Assembly (NCBI GenBank): GCA_963841735.1
Contig: CAWJDT010000004.1
Span: 32,001-96,000, forward strand
Direction of reading: 5' to 3'
Source: an uncultured Actinomycetes bacterium
GTDB lineage: Bacteria; Actinomycetota; Thermoleophilia; RBG-16-64-13
Length of the DNA stretch: 64,000 nt
This document shows positions 8,526 to 19,032 of the stretch, in pieces (position 1 is the stretch's first letter; every line of letters begins with the position of its first letter). Below the pieces are notes generated by a model. It saw only the letters and a program-made list of their open reading frames with translations. It searched no databases and was not told the origin of the DNA. Made by a program: the position numbers and the translations under genes.

Positions 8526-10865
8526 TCAGTCCGACTCAGGTATCCACTTGAAGATGCCGCGGGTGCCTATTGCGTAGAGCGCTCCACCAGGCGCGGGGAC
8601 CAAGCGGGTCAAGTACCCGCCGACCTCCGCAGGCTCTAGGTCACCCATCTCCTGCCAGGAGTCGCCTTTGTCAGTCGATCGGTAGATCTTCGCCGTCGTC
8701 TGCGTCAAGTCGGTCCAATCTCCGGCGGTGTACAGAGTGCCGCTCACCCAGGGGTCCACGAACAAGGCTGAGGGCTGATATCCGTCCAGCCCCTCACACG
8801 CCAGTTTGCTCCAAGTTTGGCCGCCATCGTCCGAGCGCCAGATTCCGTCGTTCTGGAACGTAAGGCCTGTTTGGCTCTCGAAGAAGGCGCGGCGGGCGTA
8901 GACAGTCACCCCGTCGTGTGTGTCCAGCGCCAGCGGGAGGTAGACCTGGCCGTCATCCTTTGTCAGGCCGTCACCAAGCTGGATCCACGTCCGACCGCCA
9001 TCTGTGGATGTGGACACGCCGAAGGGGTGAAACCCGAAGTCTCCCGGGCCTTCCGAAAGGATCGCGTAGAACCTGGAAGGTGCGCCCGGGGCGGCGGCGA
9101 CAAGGCCGTCGCCGGCCATCACAAGGTTGTCGCCAAGCGTCGCCTTCAACGGCCTGAGCTTCGCGTCGCCTAGAAGGCTGTCGATCCTGGGCAAGCTTGC
9201 CGTCTTCGCCCAACTTTGGCCGCCATCAGACGATTGGTATATCTCGGAGCCGGAAAAGGCGAGAAGGGTCTCTGGCGAGTCTGAAGCGACCAGTAGTCTG
9301 CTGTACGGCTCATCGGCGGTTCTCTGCGACCAGAGTCCGGTAGCAGGGAGGTCGGTCCAGCTTGCTCCAGCGTCGTCACTTCGCGCGAGCCCAGACATGG
9401 TGGGGAGGTAGAGCGTCGAGGGAGACGAGGGAGCAATTGCCAGGGATAGGCCAGGCTCTCCCGTGAACACCGTGGTCCACGAAGCTCCGCCGTTCGTGGA
9501 CTTGAGGACGGAGCCCCAGGTGTTCACGTAGATGGTCTCGGGGTTCTGCGGATCGAACGCCAGCGCGTAGACAAAGGGTCTGCGCTTGATGGCGGTCGTC
9601 GTGTTGGTCCAAGTCGCGCCCTGGTCGGTCGACTTGTAGATGCCTCCCGTGCCATGGTTGGTGGAGGCCACTGCATATAGGATCGACGGATCGGTAGGGT
9701 CGATCACGACGGGACTTGAGATGACGAGCGAGGCTCGGGTGGCCGAGTCGGTCACGGTCCAGGGGAAGCCTGTCAAGAATGCGGCGGCCCCGGAGATGGA
9801 GGCGGGAGAAGTGCCCGGGGCGACAGAGATCAGCATCTTGGCCCATTCTTGTTCGTCGCTGTCGGTCTTCGCCCACGTCTCACCTGCGTCTGGGGATACG
9901 TAGACTACGACTCCAGGGTCGGCGAGCGACTCAGGTGCCAAGGCCGGGTCGACTGCATAGAGATACAGCCGACGCGTGGGGTCTCTAGGGTCGGTGCGCA
10001 TGTCGTTTGGGACAACACCGGGGAGTGTCGGCGCAATGTTCTCCCAAGTTGCTCCGCCGTCCGGCGAACGCAGGAACTCCAAGGGGCCTCCTCCGTACTG
10101 CCGGGCGAAGAGGACGGAGCCTGACGGCGGAAAGATGAGTTCGCAGCTTGGCATGAGGCCTAGGCCTTCCCATGTCGCTCCGCCGTCGGTCGACTTGTGG
10201 AGTCCCGGTTTGAACAGACTGTTGACGTATAGGGTGGAGGGAGAAGTGGAAGTGTCGACCCAGAAAGCGCCCGTGAAATGCTCCACCGATGCGGCGAGCT
10301 GTGTCCAAGTTGCACCGCCATCCACAGACTTCTTGAGGCGCACATCGCCAATCGCGTCGCGCGCGGTGCCATATAGGACCGCTGGAGGACCGGGATCGAT
10401 TGTCAGCAATTGCAAATTCTCGGCACACAGTTGGGTCCAACTGGAAGCCGCGTCGCGGGAAACGAAGAGACCTGTCTCGTTTGCTGTGTAGAGGACGGCT
10501 GGATCGGACGGGTCCATCATGACGTAGGCGAAGTCTGAACCCTCGGTTTGCGGCAAAGACAGTTCTTGCCAGGTGTCAACCGGCTCAGTGGGGGTCTGCG
10601 AAGCCTCGCTTGTGGTCCCGCCGGTCTGATCGTCGGTTATCAGAAGGATGCTTTCGTTATGCGGCCACCAATGGATGGCCCCAAAGGCTCCAAAGCCCAG
10701 CGCGACTGCAATAGCGGCGGTCGTACTTACGACCTTCAGCCAGCGCCGCCGGGCATACCGGCGCTTCGCGACCTGGGCGCGCAGGGCATTCCAGGCTCCG
10801 CTGTCATCGACGGTCGGAGCGAGGTCCCTGAGGGCATCTCTCAGTAGGTGATCGTCTTCGCGCAT
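8526..10865 (-). CDS. Single-pass membrane protein with extracellular BNR/Asp-box beta-propellers; putative anti-sigma factor
   Basis: Short cytoplasmic N-terminus, RRRW followed by a TM, then more than ten S.D.G.(T/S)W Asp-boxes. Overlaps the 3' end of the ECF sigma gene. Confidence 0.8.
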   Translation of the reverse strand: MREDDHLLRDALRDLAPTVDDSGAWNALRAQVAKRRYARRRWLKVVSTTAAIAVALGFGAFGAIHWWPHNESILLITDDQTGGTTSEASQTPTEPVDTWQELSLPQTEGSDFAYVMMDPSDPAVLYTANETGLFVSRDAASSWTQLCAENLQLLTIDPGPPAVLYGTARDAIGDVRLKKSVDGGATWTQLAASVEHFTGAFWVDTSTSPSTLYVNSLFKPGLHKSTDGGATWEGLGLMPSCELIFPPSGSVLFARQYGGGPLEFLRSPDGGATWENIAPTLPGVVPNDMRTDPRDPTRRLYLYAVDPALAPESLADPGVVVYVSPDAGETWAKTDSDEQEWAKMLISVAPGTSPASISGAAAFLTGFPWTVTDSATRASLVISSPVVIDPTDPSILYAVASTNHGTGGIYKSTDQGATWTNTTTAIKRRPFVYALAFDPQNPETIYVNTWGSVLKSTNGGASWTTVFTGEPGLSLAIAPSSPSTLYLPTMSGLARSDDAGASWTDLPATGLWSQRTADEPYSRLLVASDSPETLLAFSGSEIYQSSDGGQSWAKTASLPRIDSLLGDAKLRPLKATLGDNLVMAGDGLVAAAPGAPSRFYAILSEGPGDFGFHPFGVSTSTDGGRTWIQLGDGLTKDDGQVYLPLALDTHDGVTVYARRAFFESQTGLTFQNDGIWRSDDGGQTWSKLACEGLDGYQPSALFVDPWVSGTLYTAGDWTDLTQTTAKIYRSTDKGDSWQEMGDLEPAEVGGYLTRLVPAPGGALYAIGTRGIFKWIPESD

Positions 10866-11425
10866 GACCTTGCCTCCAGTGTGGGCTTGAGTGCCGCTCG
10901 AGCGCGGTGGAGATGTGTGTTGACCGAACCCTCCGAAATGCCCATGGAGCGCGCGACTTGCGCCACGGGCAGACCTTCCACGTAGTAGAGGGCCACGGCC
11001 ACTCTCTGGCGGAGGGGAAGGCTCCGTATGGCGACCTCCAAATCAGACTGCATCTGCGACTCCGCGCCCGGCCGCGGCTCCGGGTTGCGAAGGCGAAGCA
11101 GCGCGGCCGCCCGGCGACGAAGCGATCTGCGGTGGTTGCTGAGCCGGTTGATGGCGACGTGGCGCACCCAGGCCATCGGGTTGTCGTACTTGCCGACCCG
11201 CTTCCAGTGTAGGCACAACTGCAGGAAGGCCTCCTGGACGGCGTCTGCCGCAGCCTCCTGATCTCCGCAGGCAACAGCCAGAGAGCGAACCAGCGCAGTG
11301 TAGTTGTGCTCAAAGAGGGACGCCGGATCGACGGCCCGGTCGGCAATGTGGCCCTTCGGCCCGGCTTCCATGGCACCTCGCACAAGTCTCTCTCGAGTGG
11401 TCAACGCAGACTCGCCGTGTTTCAC
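10841..11425 (-). CDS. ECF RNA polymerase sigma factor (actinobacterial SigE-like)
   Basis: AADAVQEAF, AWVRHVAIN, LPLRQRVAVALYYVEGL...GSVNTHLHRAR. SD GGGGGAG. Confidence 0.92.
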   Translation of the reverse strand: MKHGESALTTRERLVRGAMEAGPKGHIADRAVDPASLFEHNYTALVRSLAVACGDQEAAADAVQEAFLQLCLHWKRVGKYDNPMAWVRHVAINRLSNHRRSLRRRAAALLRLRNPEPRPGAESQMQSDLEVAIRSLPLRQRVAVALYYVEGLPVAQVARSMGISEGSVNTHLHRARAALKPTLEARSCAKTITY

Positions 11426-11517
11426 CGATACTCCCCCCAGATGAGGGCGATTCGATTCACCGCCTAATACACACCGGAGCGACCGGCTGGCTTGACACTC
11501 GAACAGCGCGGAGATGC

Positions 11518-13647
11518 TTAGGGAAGAAGTGCTTTCACTTGTCCCAGGACGGGTTCGATCATCGCGATGAAAGAGAAGCGCCGAATGGTAGGCCTGTGCG
11601 CGGTTATGAGCGCGCGTGCGGGCTCAGGCAAGGGACCCGTCAACGGAGTCAAGAGGAGGATGCCTCTGTCTTGGGCCAAGTAGGGTCCGGCGGCCAGGGC
11701 ATCGGGGAACTTGTCACCGGTAGCAAGGGCTGTGTGTGTGAAATCCAGTCCGGCGCATGCTCTGGCCCAAACGGCCACGTTGCGGTTGGTGGCGTACCGA
11801 TCTGCGCCCGAGAGATTGGCCAGCCCGTTCACCCTGGCGGGCAGAGTGACATAGGTGCCCACCTTTATAGCCGACGTTATATTCAACTCGTTAAGAGCGG
11901 CAGCGGCTCTGGAGTTCAGGGGTCCGCTGCTACCCGCGGTCAGCAGGATGGGCCACTTCTGCGCGCACGCCAACGGTGCCACGCCGATGGCATCGGGGAA
12001 GAGATTCCCTCGGGTGATTATGGCGACGGCTGCGCTCAGGTCTCCAAGCTTGGTCTTTAGGGCTTTTGCCACCCTGTAGCTCATGTCGTAGACGCTTCCC
12101 CCAGTGCCGCGGATGGTGGTGACGGTACAGGTGGGGCCGAGCGCGGCCCGCACGGCGGCCGCGACGGCGTCGGATAGTCCGATGCACACCACGTACTTCG
12201 GGCGGAGCCGGAGGATTTCAGTCCGCACAGTGCCCCTCAGTCCCACCGTAGGCGTAAGGAGCACCGGGCCTCCGTATGCGGCCGCGAGAGGCGCCCCGCA
12301 GAGCGCTTCTGGAAAGGTCTCTCCCGGAGCAAGCACCAGACCACATTCAGGCGGCAGTGCGCTGGGGTACATGGCCTTGGAGATCCTGACTGCCGTGTCG
12401 TAGCGGTCGGTGCCCCGAAGCGAGACGAAGAGGCGCGTGGTGACAAAGATGTCGGCCAGGGCGTTGTCATCGGCGGCGACGAGGTTGGATGAGAGGGAAA
12501 CGAAACCCACCACGCGTCCATTGCCGCTCAGGGCAGCGCCTTCGCATATGGAGTTTCCCTGGGCGCCCGCGGCGGAGAGGCTCACCCGTTCGGTTGTGCC
12601 GGTCGCTGTGTCGCGGAGGAACACATCGGCCGCCTCGTTCGTATCGCCGGAGACAAGATTGTCTCCCCACGAGGTGAAGGCGATGTACCGGCCGTCGGCG
12701 CTGAGTGAATACCACTCCGACGCAGAGTTGGCCGCTGCGCCGCCGGTAGCCACATCGGCTCTTGCTGCGATGCTCGTCAGGCGATCGAAGACGTATAGCG
12801 CACCGAGCTTGGAATAGGCCACGTAGCGGCCGTCAGCGCTGATCCTGCAGCCTGGATCCACTTCGTCGCCGGCAGCGGTGAGAGTGACGCGCTGCGTCGT
12901 CGCGTTCTGCCGGTCTCGTACAAACACGTCCCAGCTAGACGCGGTGTCGCCCGGCGTCAGATTGTCGGCTACCGACAGAAACGCGACATACCTTCCGTCG
13001 GCGCTGAGGCCGCAGCCCGAAAAACTGCCATCGTTCGCCAGAGAACCGTCTGTGCCGAGGCTGACGATCTCGGTGGTGCCTGCCAAGCGGTCGCGCACGA
13101 ACACGTCCCAGTGAGCGTTGACATCGCCGGTCACCAGGTTGGTCGCTCCCGACGCGAAGGCCACGTAGCGGCCGTCCGCGCTCATTGAGAAGTCCAGACT
13201 CAGAAAGTCGGCTTCGGAGCCGTCATTGGCAAGGCTGACTCTTTCGGTCACCCCGGTTTGGCGATCGTGGACGAAAATATCCGTCCAGCCGTTCGCATCG
13301 CCGGTCACCAGGTTGGTCGCTCCCGATGCGAAGGCCACGTAGCGACCGTCGGCGCTGAGGATGGGACTACTCACATCCGCGTCCGCGTGGGTGCCGTCCG
13401 AGGCCACACTTACCATCTGCAGGGCGCCGGTGTGTCGGTCGTAGACGAAAGCGTCGCAGCTGTCGTTGAGGTCATCGGGGACCAGGTTGGTCGCGTCGGA
13501 CGCGAATGCGACGTAGCGGCCATCGGCGCTGAGCGAGACGACCGGGTGGCCGGTGCGTGCTTCGATGCGCTCGATCGGCTGGGCAAGGGCGACGGCAGGC
13601 ACCAACAATAAGGAGCAGGCAAGTGCTATGAGGAACAGACTACGCAT
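11518..13647 (-). CDS. Secreted surface protein: TolB/PD40-like beta-propeller plus three cell-wall-binding repeat 2 (CWB2) motifs
   Basis: Signal peptide MRSLFL..ALA; repeated SADGRYVAF.S.ATNLV.GD.N; C-terminal GTDRYDTA, FPEAL, FPDAI, GADRYAT, FPDAL. TACACT 7 nt before ATG 13647. Confidence 0.85.
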   Translation of the reverse strand: MRSLFLIALACSLLLVPAVALAQPIERIEARTGHPVVSLSADGRYVAFASDATNLVPDDLNDSCDAFVYDRHTGALQMVSVASDGTHADADVSSPILSADGRYVAFASGATNLVTGDANGWTDIFVHDRQTGVTERVSLANDGSEADFLSLDFSMSADGRYVAFASGATNLVTGDVNAHWDVFVRDRLAGTTEIVSLGTDGSLANDGSFSGCGLSADGRYVAFLSVADNLTPGDTASSWDVFVRDRQNATTQRVTLTAAGDEVDPGCRISADGRYVAYSKLGALYVFDRLTSIAARADVATGGAAANSASEWYSLSADGRYIAFTSWGDNLVSGDTNEAADVFLRDTATGTTERVSLSAAGAQGNSICEGAALSGNGRVVGFVSLSSNLVAADDNALADIFVTTRLFVSLRGTDRYDTAVRISKAMYPSALPPECGLVLAPGETFPEALCGAPLAAAYGGPVLLTPTVGLRGTVRTEILRLRPKYVVCIGLSDAVAAAVRAALGPTCTVTTIRGTGGSVYDMSYRVAKALKTKLGDLSAAVAIITRGNLFPDAIGVAPLACAQKWPILLTAGSSGPLNSRAAAALNELNITSAIKVGTYVTLPARVNGLANLSGADRYATNRNVAVWARACAGLDFTHTALATGDKFPDALAAGPYLAQDRGILLLTPLTGPLPEPARALITAHRPTIRRFSFIAMIEPVLGQVKALLP
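13122..13350. repeat. Two near-identical 55-bp direct repeats, 174 nt apart, in propeller blades
   Basis: CATCGCCGGTCACCAGGTTGGTCGCTCCCGA(C/T)GCGAAGGCCACGTAGCG(G/A)CCGTC at 13122 and 13296. Confidence 0.85.
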
Positions 13648-13804
13648 GAAGGCCAGTGTAAGGCATCGGTCGCGTAGCCTGCTAGTGTAAGGAAGGAAGC
13701 GAGACGCCGCGGGTTGCTTCGCTGCAGGACCCGTCGTGGTTGGCAGCACACGAGATAGAATCTTCGTCGGCAGACGAGAGCGTAGAGAGGGACGGGAGTC
13801 AACG

Positions 13805-14716
13805 ATGAGGATCGTGCTCATGGGTCAGGCGGCCTTTGGGGAGAAAGTTTTCGAGGCGCTACTGGGCGTGGGCGAAGAGATAGTGGCCGTCTACACACCG
13901 CCGGACGTCTCTCCGGGCAAGAGCAGCACGCTCATGGCCTTGGCTGAGTCGCATGGCATCCCGACGCGGCAGCCCGCCAAGATGCGCTCACTGGACGTGT
14001 TCGAGGACTACCGGCGCTTCAAAGCCGACCTGAACGTCATGGCTTTTGTGACGGATGTAGTGCCTTCGGCGATCCTCGGGTTTCCCGCTTTGGGCACCAT
14101 CCAATACCATCCCTCCTTGCTGCCGAGCCACCGGGGGGCGAGCGCGATCAACTGGGCCATCATCAACGGCGAGACCAAGACGGGCCTGTCCATCTTCTGG
14201 CCGGACGAGGGTCTGGACACCGGGCCCATTTTGCTTCAGCGAGAGGTCTCCATCGAGCCTGACGACACCTTGGGCACGGTGTACTTTGGCAAACTGTTTC
14301 CGTTGGGAGTGGAGGCGCTCGTGGAATCGGTGCGTCTCGTCAAGGAGGGCAGGGCACCAAGGCTGCCGCAGGATGTCGCCCAGGGGGAGTACGAACCGGT
14401 TTGCAGGGACATCAAGATCGACTGGATGTATCCGGTCGCGATCGTCTACAACATCATACGGGGGTGCAACCCGTCACCCGGTGCCGCCACGGCCTTCAGG
14501 GGTCAAGAGGTCAAAGTCTTCGACTGCCAGAAGCTCCCGGGCGGCGGCCGCCAGGCACCAGGCACGGTGCTCCAGCTCACCCCCGAGAGCCTTCTGGTGG
14601 CAGCAAACGGCGGCAGAATCCTGGTGACCCGGGTGCAGCCGGCCGGCGCAGCCAAGATGACCATCGAGGAGTTCGTGGCTGCGACGGGACTTAAGGTGGG
14701 AGACAGGCTGGGATAG
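13805..14716 (+). CDS. Formyltransferase family protein, resembling the 10-formyl-THF dehydrogenase N-terminal (hydrolase) domain
   Basis: QYHPSLLPSHRGASAINW, IFWPDEGLDTGPILLQ, KLFPLG, GRAPRLPQ; Fmt-like C-terminal domain. Confidence 0.85.
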   Translation: MRIVLMGQAAFGEKVFEALLGVGEEIVAVYTPPDVSPGKSSTLMALAESHGIPTRQPAKMRSLDVFEDYRRFKADLNVMAFVTDVVPSAILGFPALGTIQYHPSLLPSHRGASAINWAIINGETKTGLSIFWPDEGLDTGPILLQREVSIEPDDTLGTVYFGKLFPLGVEALVESVRLVKEGRAPRLPQDVAQGEYEPVCRDIKIDWMYPVAIVYNIIRGCNPSPGAATAFRGQEVKVFDCQKLPGGGRQAPGTVLQLTPESLLVAANGGRILVTRVQPAGAAKMTIEEFVAATGLKVGDRLG

Positions 14717-14959
14717 GCCCCTGCCCGGCGGCCGCGGATGAGGCACAGGGGGGCCGGTCTGGAAACCAGGGCGAAGGGGATTAGACCGGCCCGCGGGCGG
14801 GGTATAAGAACCTGCGCTTTGAGCCTCCGTTAGGGCCGACGGCCGGAAGGGGAATAAGGGGATGGCAGAGTCGCTTCGGGTGGCGGACTCTGAACCTTTT
14901 CTGGGGTGCTCCGGCAACGGCAGGGGCCGGCAGCTTGCGCGTTCAGCGGGAGCTGATCC

Positions 14960-17900
14960 ATGAGCCCATTCGATACACGCACCATTCTCGTTGGGCATCT
15001 CGCCGCCGCCGTCGTTTGCGCGCTCATCGGTGCCCTTCTGTGGCTCCAGTACCGGCGCCGGTTCGCGGGAATAGGCTGGTGGACTGCCGATTTCTTTCTC
15101 CAAGCGCTGGGTGCACTGCTGATCGTGCTGCGTGGCACCGTTCCGGACTGGATGTCCATGGTGCTCGCAAACCTGATGGTGGTGGGGGGCGCTCTGGCGG
15201 GCCTGGTCGGTTTGGAGCGGTTTGTGGGCAGGCGGGGACCTCAGATGCAGAACTACTTGCTACTTGCTGCATTTGCCGCTGTTCACTCCTATTTCGCCTT
15301 CGCCCGGCCCGACCTGAGCGCGCGGAACCTGAACTTGTCGGTGCTGCTCCTGATCATCTGCGCGCAGTGCGCGTGGCTCCTCTGGTATCGGATACCTCCG
15401 TCAATGCGCCGGACGGCTGTGGTGGCGGCAGTGGTGTTTGCCGGCTACTGCGTGGTGAGCGTCGTGCGATTGGTGGTGATCGCGGTCAGTCCCATAGGCG
15501 ACGGCGATTTCTTTGAATCGGGCGGATTCGACAAGCTTGTGCTTCTGGCCTATCAAGCACTGCTGATCATGTTGGTGTTTGGCTTGATGCTGATGGTGAC
15601 CAGCCGCCTGCGGGCCGAGGTGAGCACGCAGGAGGAGAAGTTTGCGGCGGCCTTTCACTCCTCCCCATACGCCATCATTCTTACCAGACTGAGCGATGGA
15701 GCGATCCTCGAAGTCAACGACGGTTTCGTGGAGTTGACAGGCTACTCGTACGCAGAGTTTGTAGGGAGGACGACGCTGGATCTCCAGCTGTGGCCAAACA
15801 GGCAGGAGCGCGCCGCCGTTCTTGAAGAGTTGGCCGAGCAGAAACGCATAAGGGGGAGAGAGACCCAGTTTCGCAAGAAGTCGGGCGAGTTCTTCACGGG
15901 CCTGTTCTCGGCCGACATCATCAGGATAGGTGATGAGTCCTGCCTCCTGTCAAGCATCGACGACATCACCGAGCGCAAGCGGATAGATCAAGAACTCAAG
16001 AAGATCGAGTGGCTGCTGACCAGAAGGCCCCAGGCGACACTGGAGGGGGCATGTGACCATGTGCCGCCATACGGGGACCTGATTGAGCTGAATACGGCCA
16101 GGCTCATCCACGACGCTGTGGGAGAGCAGGTGCTCGCCGATATCGTGGGGGATTACCTGGATCTACTTGACACCTCGGCGGCAGTGTACGAGCGCAACGG
16201 GGACTACGCCTTGGGCATCTTCTCGTCCGGTTGGTGCCGTTACATGGACGCGGCCTCCCGCGCACTGTGTAACACCGACGACAACCGCGAGGCCTTGGCG
16301 GGCGGTCGGTGGCTCTGTCACGAGTCGTGTTGGGCGGAGGCCTCGAATGTCGCCATGACTACCGAGCAGCCCGCGGATGTAGAGTGCAGCGGTGGCATCC
16401 GTCTTTATGCGGTGCCTATCCTGGCCGCCGGCGAAGTGGTGGGGTCCATCAACTTTGGCTACGGGGATCCCCCCAAGGACGAGGCGGTCCTGCTGCGACT
16501 GGCCGCTTTGTATCAGGTGGATATCGCGGAGTTGCGTGAGCACGCCGCCTCTTATGAGTCTCGACCCACGTACATCGTCGAAGTGGCCAAGCGCCGTTTG
16601 CATGCCTCGGCCCGTCTTGTCGGGGAGATTGTCGAGAGGACGATAGCCGAGGAACAGATCAGGTCGGCGAAAGCTTTCATGGACATGGTCATCGATACGA
16701 GCCCCTTCGCCCTGTGGGTCTCGGACGTTGAGGGCACAGTCATTAGGGTGAACCAGGCGCTTTGTCAGGCGATCGGCCTGACGGCAGACCAGATCGTCGG
16801 TCGCTACAACGTGCTCCACGACGACAACCTGGAGATCGAGGGCGTGATGCCTCAGGTTCGGGCGGTCTTTGAGAAACACGAACCGGCTCGTTTTGTCATT
16901 CCTTGGAAGGCGGCCCACGCCGGCGCTGTCGATTTCGAGGAGGCGCGCGACATGTACATCGATGTGTCCATGGCGCCGGTGTTCGGCGCATCGGGCGAGC
17001 TGAGCAACGTAGTATGCGAATGGGTAGATATCACGGAGCTGAAGCGGGCGGAGGCCGCTCTCAAGGATAGCGAAAGAAGATTTCGCGAGACCGTCGTATA
17101 TCTCGACGAGGGCTACTACAGCGTGACTCTCGAGGGGGCGCTGTTGGATCACAATCGCGCGTTCAACCGGATCTTGGGGTTTGAGGACGACGAGGACCTT
17201 CGCGGCACGACTCTGCCGGACTTCTGGAGAGACGCCACTAAACGCGGGGACTACCTGGCCGCGCTGACCAGGGCCGGATCAATCTCGAACTATCTGATCG
17301 AGGGCAAGAAACATAATGGCGAGGAGATCATGGTGCTGGCGAGTGCCCATATGGTCAAAGACGCCAACGGTCGTCCGGACCACGTCGAGGGGGTCTTTCT
17401 GGATATCACCTCTCGCGTGACGGCGGAGGAAGAGCTGCGACAGCTCAACGAGGAGTTGGAGCAACGAGTGGATGAGCGCACCGCGGAACTCAGCGACCTT
17501 TACAACAACGCACCGTGCGGCTACCAGTCGCTGGACGAGGAAGGCGTGTTTGTGCGCATCAACGACACCGAGCTCGGCTGGCTTGGCTACACACGCGAAG
17601 AGCTTCTAGGCAAACTGCGGTTTAGCGACGTCATAACGCCCGACGGCGTCCAGACCTTTGCCGGGTGCTTCCCAGTGTTCAAGCAGCAGGGCTACATGAG
17701 CGATCTGCAGTTCGACCTAGTGCGCAAGGACGGTAGCATCATGCCGGTGTTGCTCAGCGCAACGGCGGCGACAGACCAGGAGGGGCGGTTTCTGATGAGC
17801 CGTGGCACTATGATCGACTACGCCGACCGCAAGGAGGCGGAGGCCGCCTTGCGCAGCTCACAGACCCGGCTTGAGGCGGTGAACAAAGAACTCGAGGCTT

Positions 17901-18577
17901 TTGCCTACTCTGTTTCGCACGACTTGCGCGCTCCGTTGCGCGCCATCGACGGCTTCTCACATATGATCCTGGATGACTACGGAGATACGTTTGACGCGGA
18001 GGGGCGGCGGCTGTTCGATGCCGTGCGGGCCAACGCCCAGAGGATGGACCAGCTCATCACTGATCTCCTAGCCCTGTCAAGGGTGGCCCGCGCCGAGACC
18101 GTTGCTTCGCGTCTTGACATGGACGCTTTGGTGCGGAGAGTCTATGCAGAAATCGCTCCGGTGGAGGTAGAGTCCGGGGTGTCCTTCTCGGTGTTGTCTC
18201 TGCCGGAAGCCTATGGCGACGAAGTCCTCATGCGGCAGGTGTGGGGCAACTTGCTGTCCAACGCCCTCAAGTACTCCCGCACAAAGACGGACAGGCGGAT
18301 CGAGGTGGGCGGATATGTTGAGGGGTCTCTGGCGGTCTACTATGTCAAAGACAACGGGGTGGGTTTCGATCCGCGCTACACCCACAAGCTTTTCGGTCTC
18401 TTTCAGCGTCTTCACAAGGCTAGCGAGTTCGAGGGCACCGGGGTGGGGCTTGCTATCGTGCAGAGGATCATACATCTTCACGATGGGAAGGTTTGGGCGG
18501 AAGGCGCACCGGATCAGGGGGCGACCTTCTACTTTGCGCTACCCACAAATACCGCTAGGCAACAGACTGGAGGCTAG
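14960..18577 (+). CDS. Membrane sensor histidine kinase: about 7 TM, PAS, PocR-like Cys-containing domain, three more PAS, HisKA, HATPase
   Basis: H-box [36 protein letters not shown]. PocR-like segment SGWC...WLCHESCW...[13 protein letters not shown]. Confidence 0.92.
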   Translation: MSPFDTRTILVGHLAAAVVCALIGALLWLQYRRRFAGIGWWTADFFLQALGALLIVLRGTVPDWMSMVLANLMVVGGALAGLVGLERFVGRRGPQMQNYLLLAAFAAVHSYFAFARPDLSARNLNLSVLLLIICAQCAWLLWYRIPPSMRRTAVVAAVVFAGYCVVSVVRLVVIAVSPIGDGDFFESGGFDKLVLLAYQALLIMLVFGLMLMVTSRLRAEVSTQEEKFAAAFHSSPYAIILTRLSDGAILEVNDGFVELTGYSYAEFVGRTTLDLQLWPNRQERAAVLEELAEQKRIRGRETQFRKKSGEFFTGLFSADIIRIGDESCLLSSIDDITERKRIDQELKKIEWLLTRRPQATLEGACDHVPPYGDLIELNTARLIHDAVGEQVLADIVGDYLDLLDTSAAVYERNGDYALGIFSSGWCRYMDAASRALCNTDDNREALAGGRWLCHESCWAEASNVAMTTEQPADVECSGGIRLYAVPILAAGEVVGSINFGYGDPPKDEAVLLRLAALYQVDIAELREHAASYESRPTYIVEVAKRRLHASARLVGEIVERTIAEEQIRSAKAFMDMVIDTSPFALWVSDVEGTVIRVNQALCQAIGLTADQIVGRYNVLHDDNLEIEGVMPQVRAVFEKHEPARFVIPWKAAHAGAVDFEEARDMYIDVSMAPVFGASGELSNVVCEWVDITELKRAEAALKDSERRFRETVVYLDEGYYSVTLEGALLDHNRAFNRILGFEDDEDLRGTTLPDFWRDATKRGDYLAALTRAGSISNYLIEGKKHNGEEIMVLASAHMVKDANGRPDHVEGVFLDITSRVTAEEELRQLNEELEQRVDERTAELSDLYNNAPCGYQSLDEEGVFVRINDTELGWLGYTREELLGKLRFSDVITPDGVQTFAGCFPVFKQQGYMSDLQFDLVRKDGSIMPVLLSATAATDQEGRFLMSRGTMIDYADRKEAEAALRSSQTRLEAVNKELEAFAYSVSHDLRAPLRAIDGFSHMILDDYGDTFDAEGRRLFDAVRANAQRMDQLITDLLALSRVARAETVASRLDMDALVRRVYAEIAPVEVESGVSFSVLSLPEAYGDEVLMRQVWGNLLSNALKYSRTKTDRRIEVGGYVEGSLAVYYVKDNGVGFDPRYTHKLFGLFQRLHKASEFEGTGVGLAIVQRIIHLHDGKVWAEGAPDQGATFYFALPTNTARQQTGG

Positions 18578-18579
18578 CC

Positions 18580-19026
18580 ATGGCAGAAGCGAGCTACGTT
18601 GAGATCCTGCTGGTCGAAGACAACCCCGCGGATGTCGAGATGACCCTACACGCACTGCAGAAGAACAATCTCACCAACCGGGTCGCGGTGGTGGCCGACG
18701 GCGAGGAGGCGCTTGACTTCCTTTTCGCCCGGGGGGCGTTCAGCGGGCGCTCAGTGGAGAATGGTCCGAAGGTGATTTTGCTCGACCTCAAGCTGCCAAA
18801 GGTCGACGGGCTGGAGGTTCTGAAGGCGGTGCGTCGGGATCCCCGCACCAAGTTCTTTCCGGTGGTGATGCTGACCTCATCGCGCGAGGAAAAAGACATA
18901 GTGGAGAGTTACCGACTGGGCGTGAACAGCTACATCGTCAAACCTGTTGACTTCGAGAAGTTCGTGAACATGGTCAGAGAGCTTGGGTTGTACTGGCTGT
19001 TGCTGAATGAGCCACCGGCGCGCTGA
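18580..19026 (+). CDS. Single-domain response regulator (Rcp1-like)
   Basis: [38 protein letters not shown]. Confidence 0.93.
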   Translation: MAEASYVEILLVEDNPADVEMTLHALQKNNLTNRVAVVADGEEALDFLFARGAFSGRSVENGPKVILLDLKLPKVDGLEVLKAVRRDPRTKFFPVVMLTSSREEKDIVESYRLGVNSYIVKPVDFEKFVNMVRELGLYWLLLNEPPAR

Positions 19027-19032
19027 CGTGGC

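Noticed and set aside
13676-13685. AGCCTGCTAG matching the MITE right end
   Set aside because: Only 10 bp, with no partner inverted repeat nearby.
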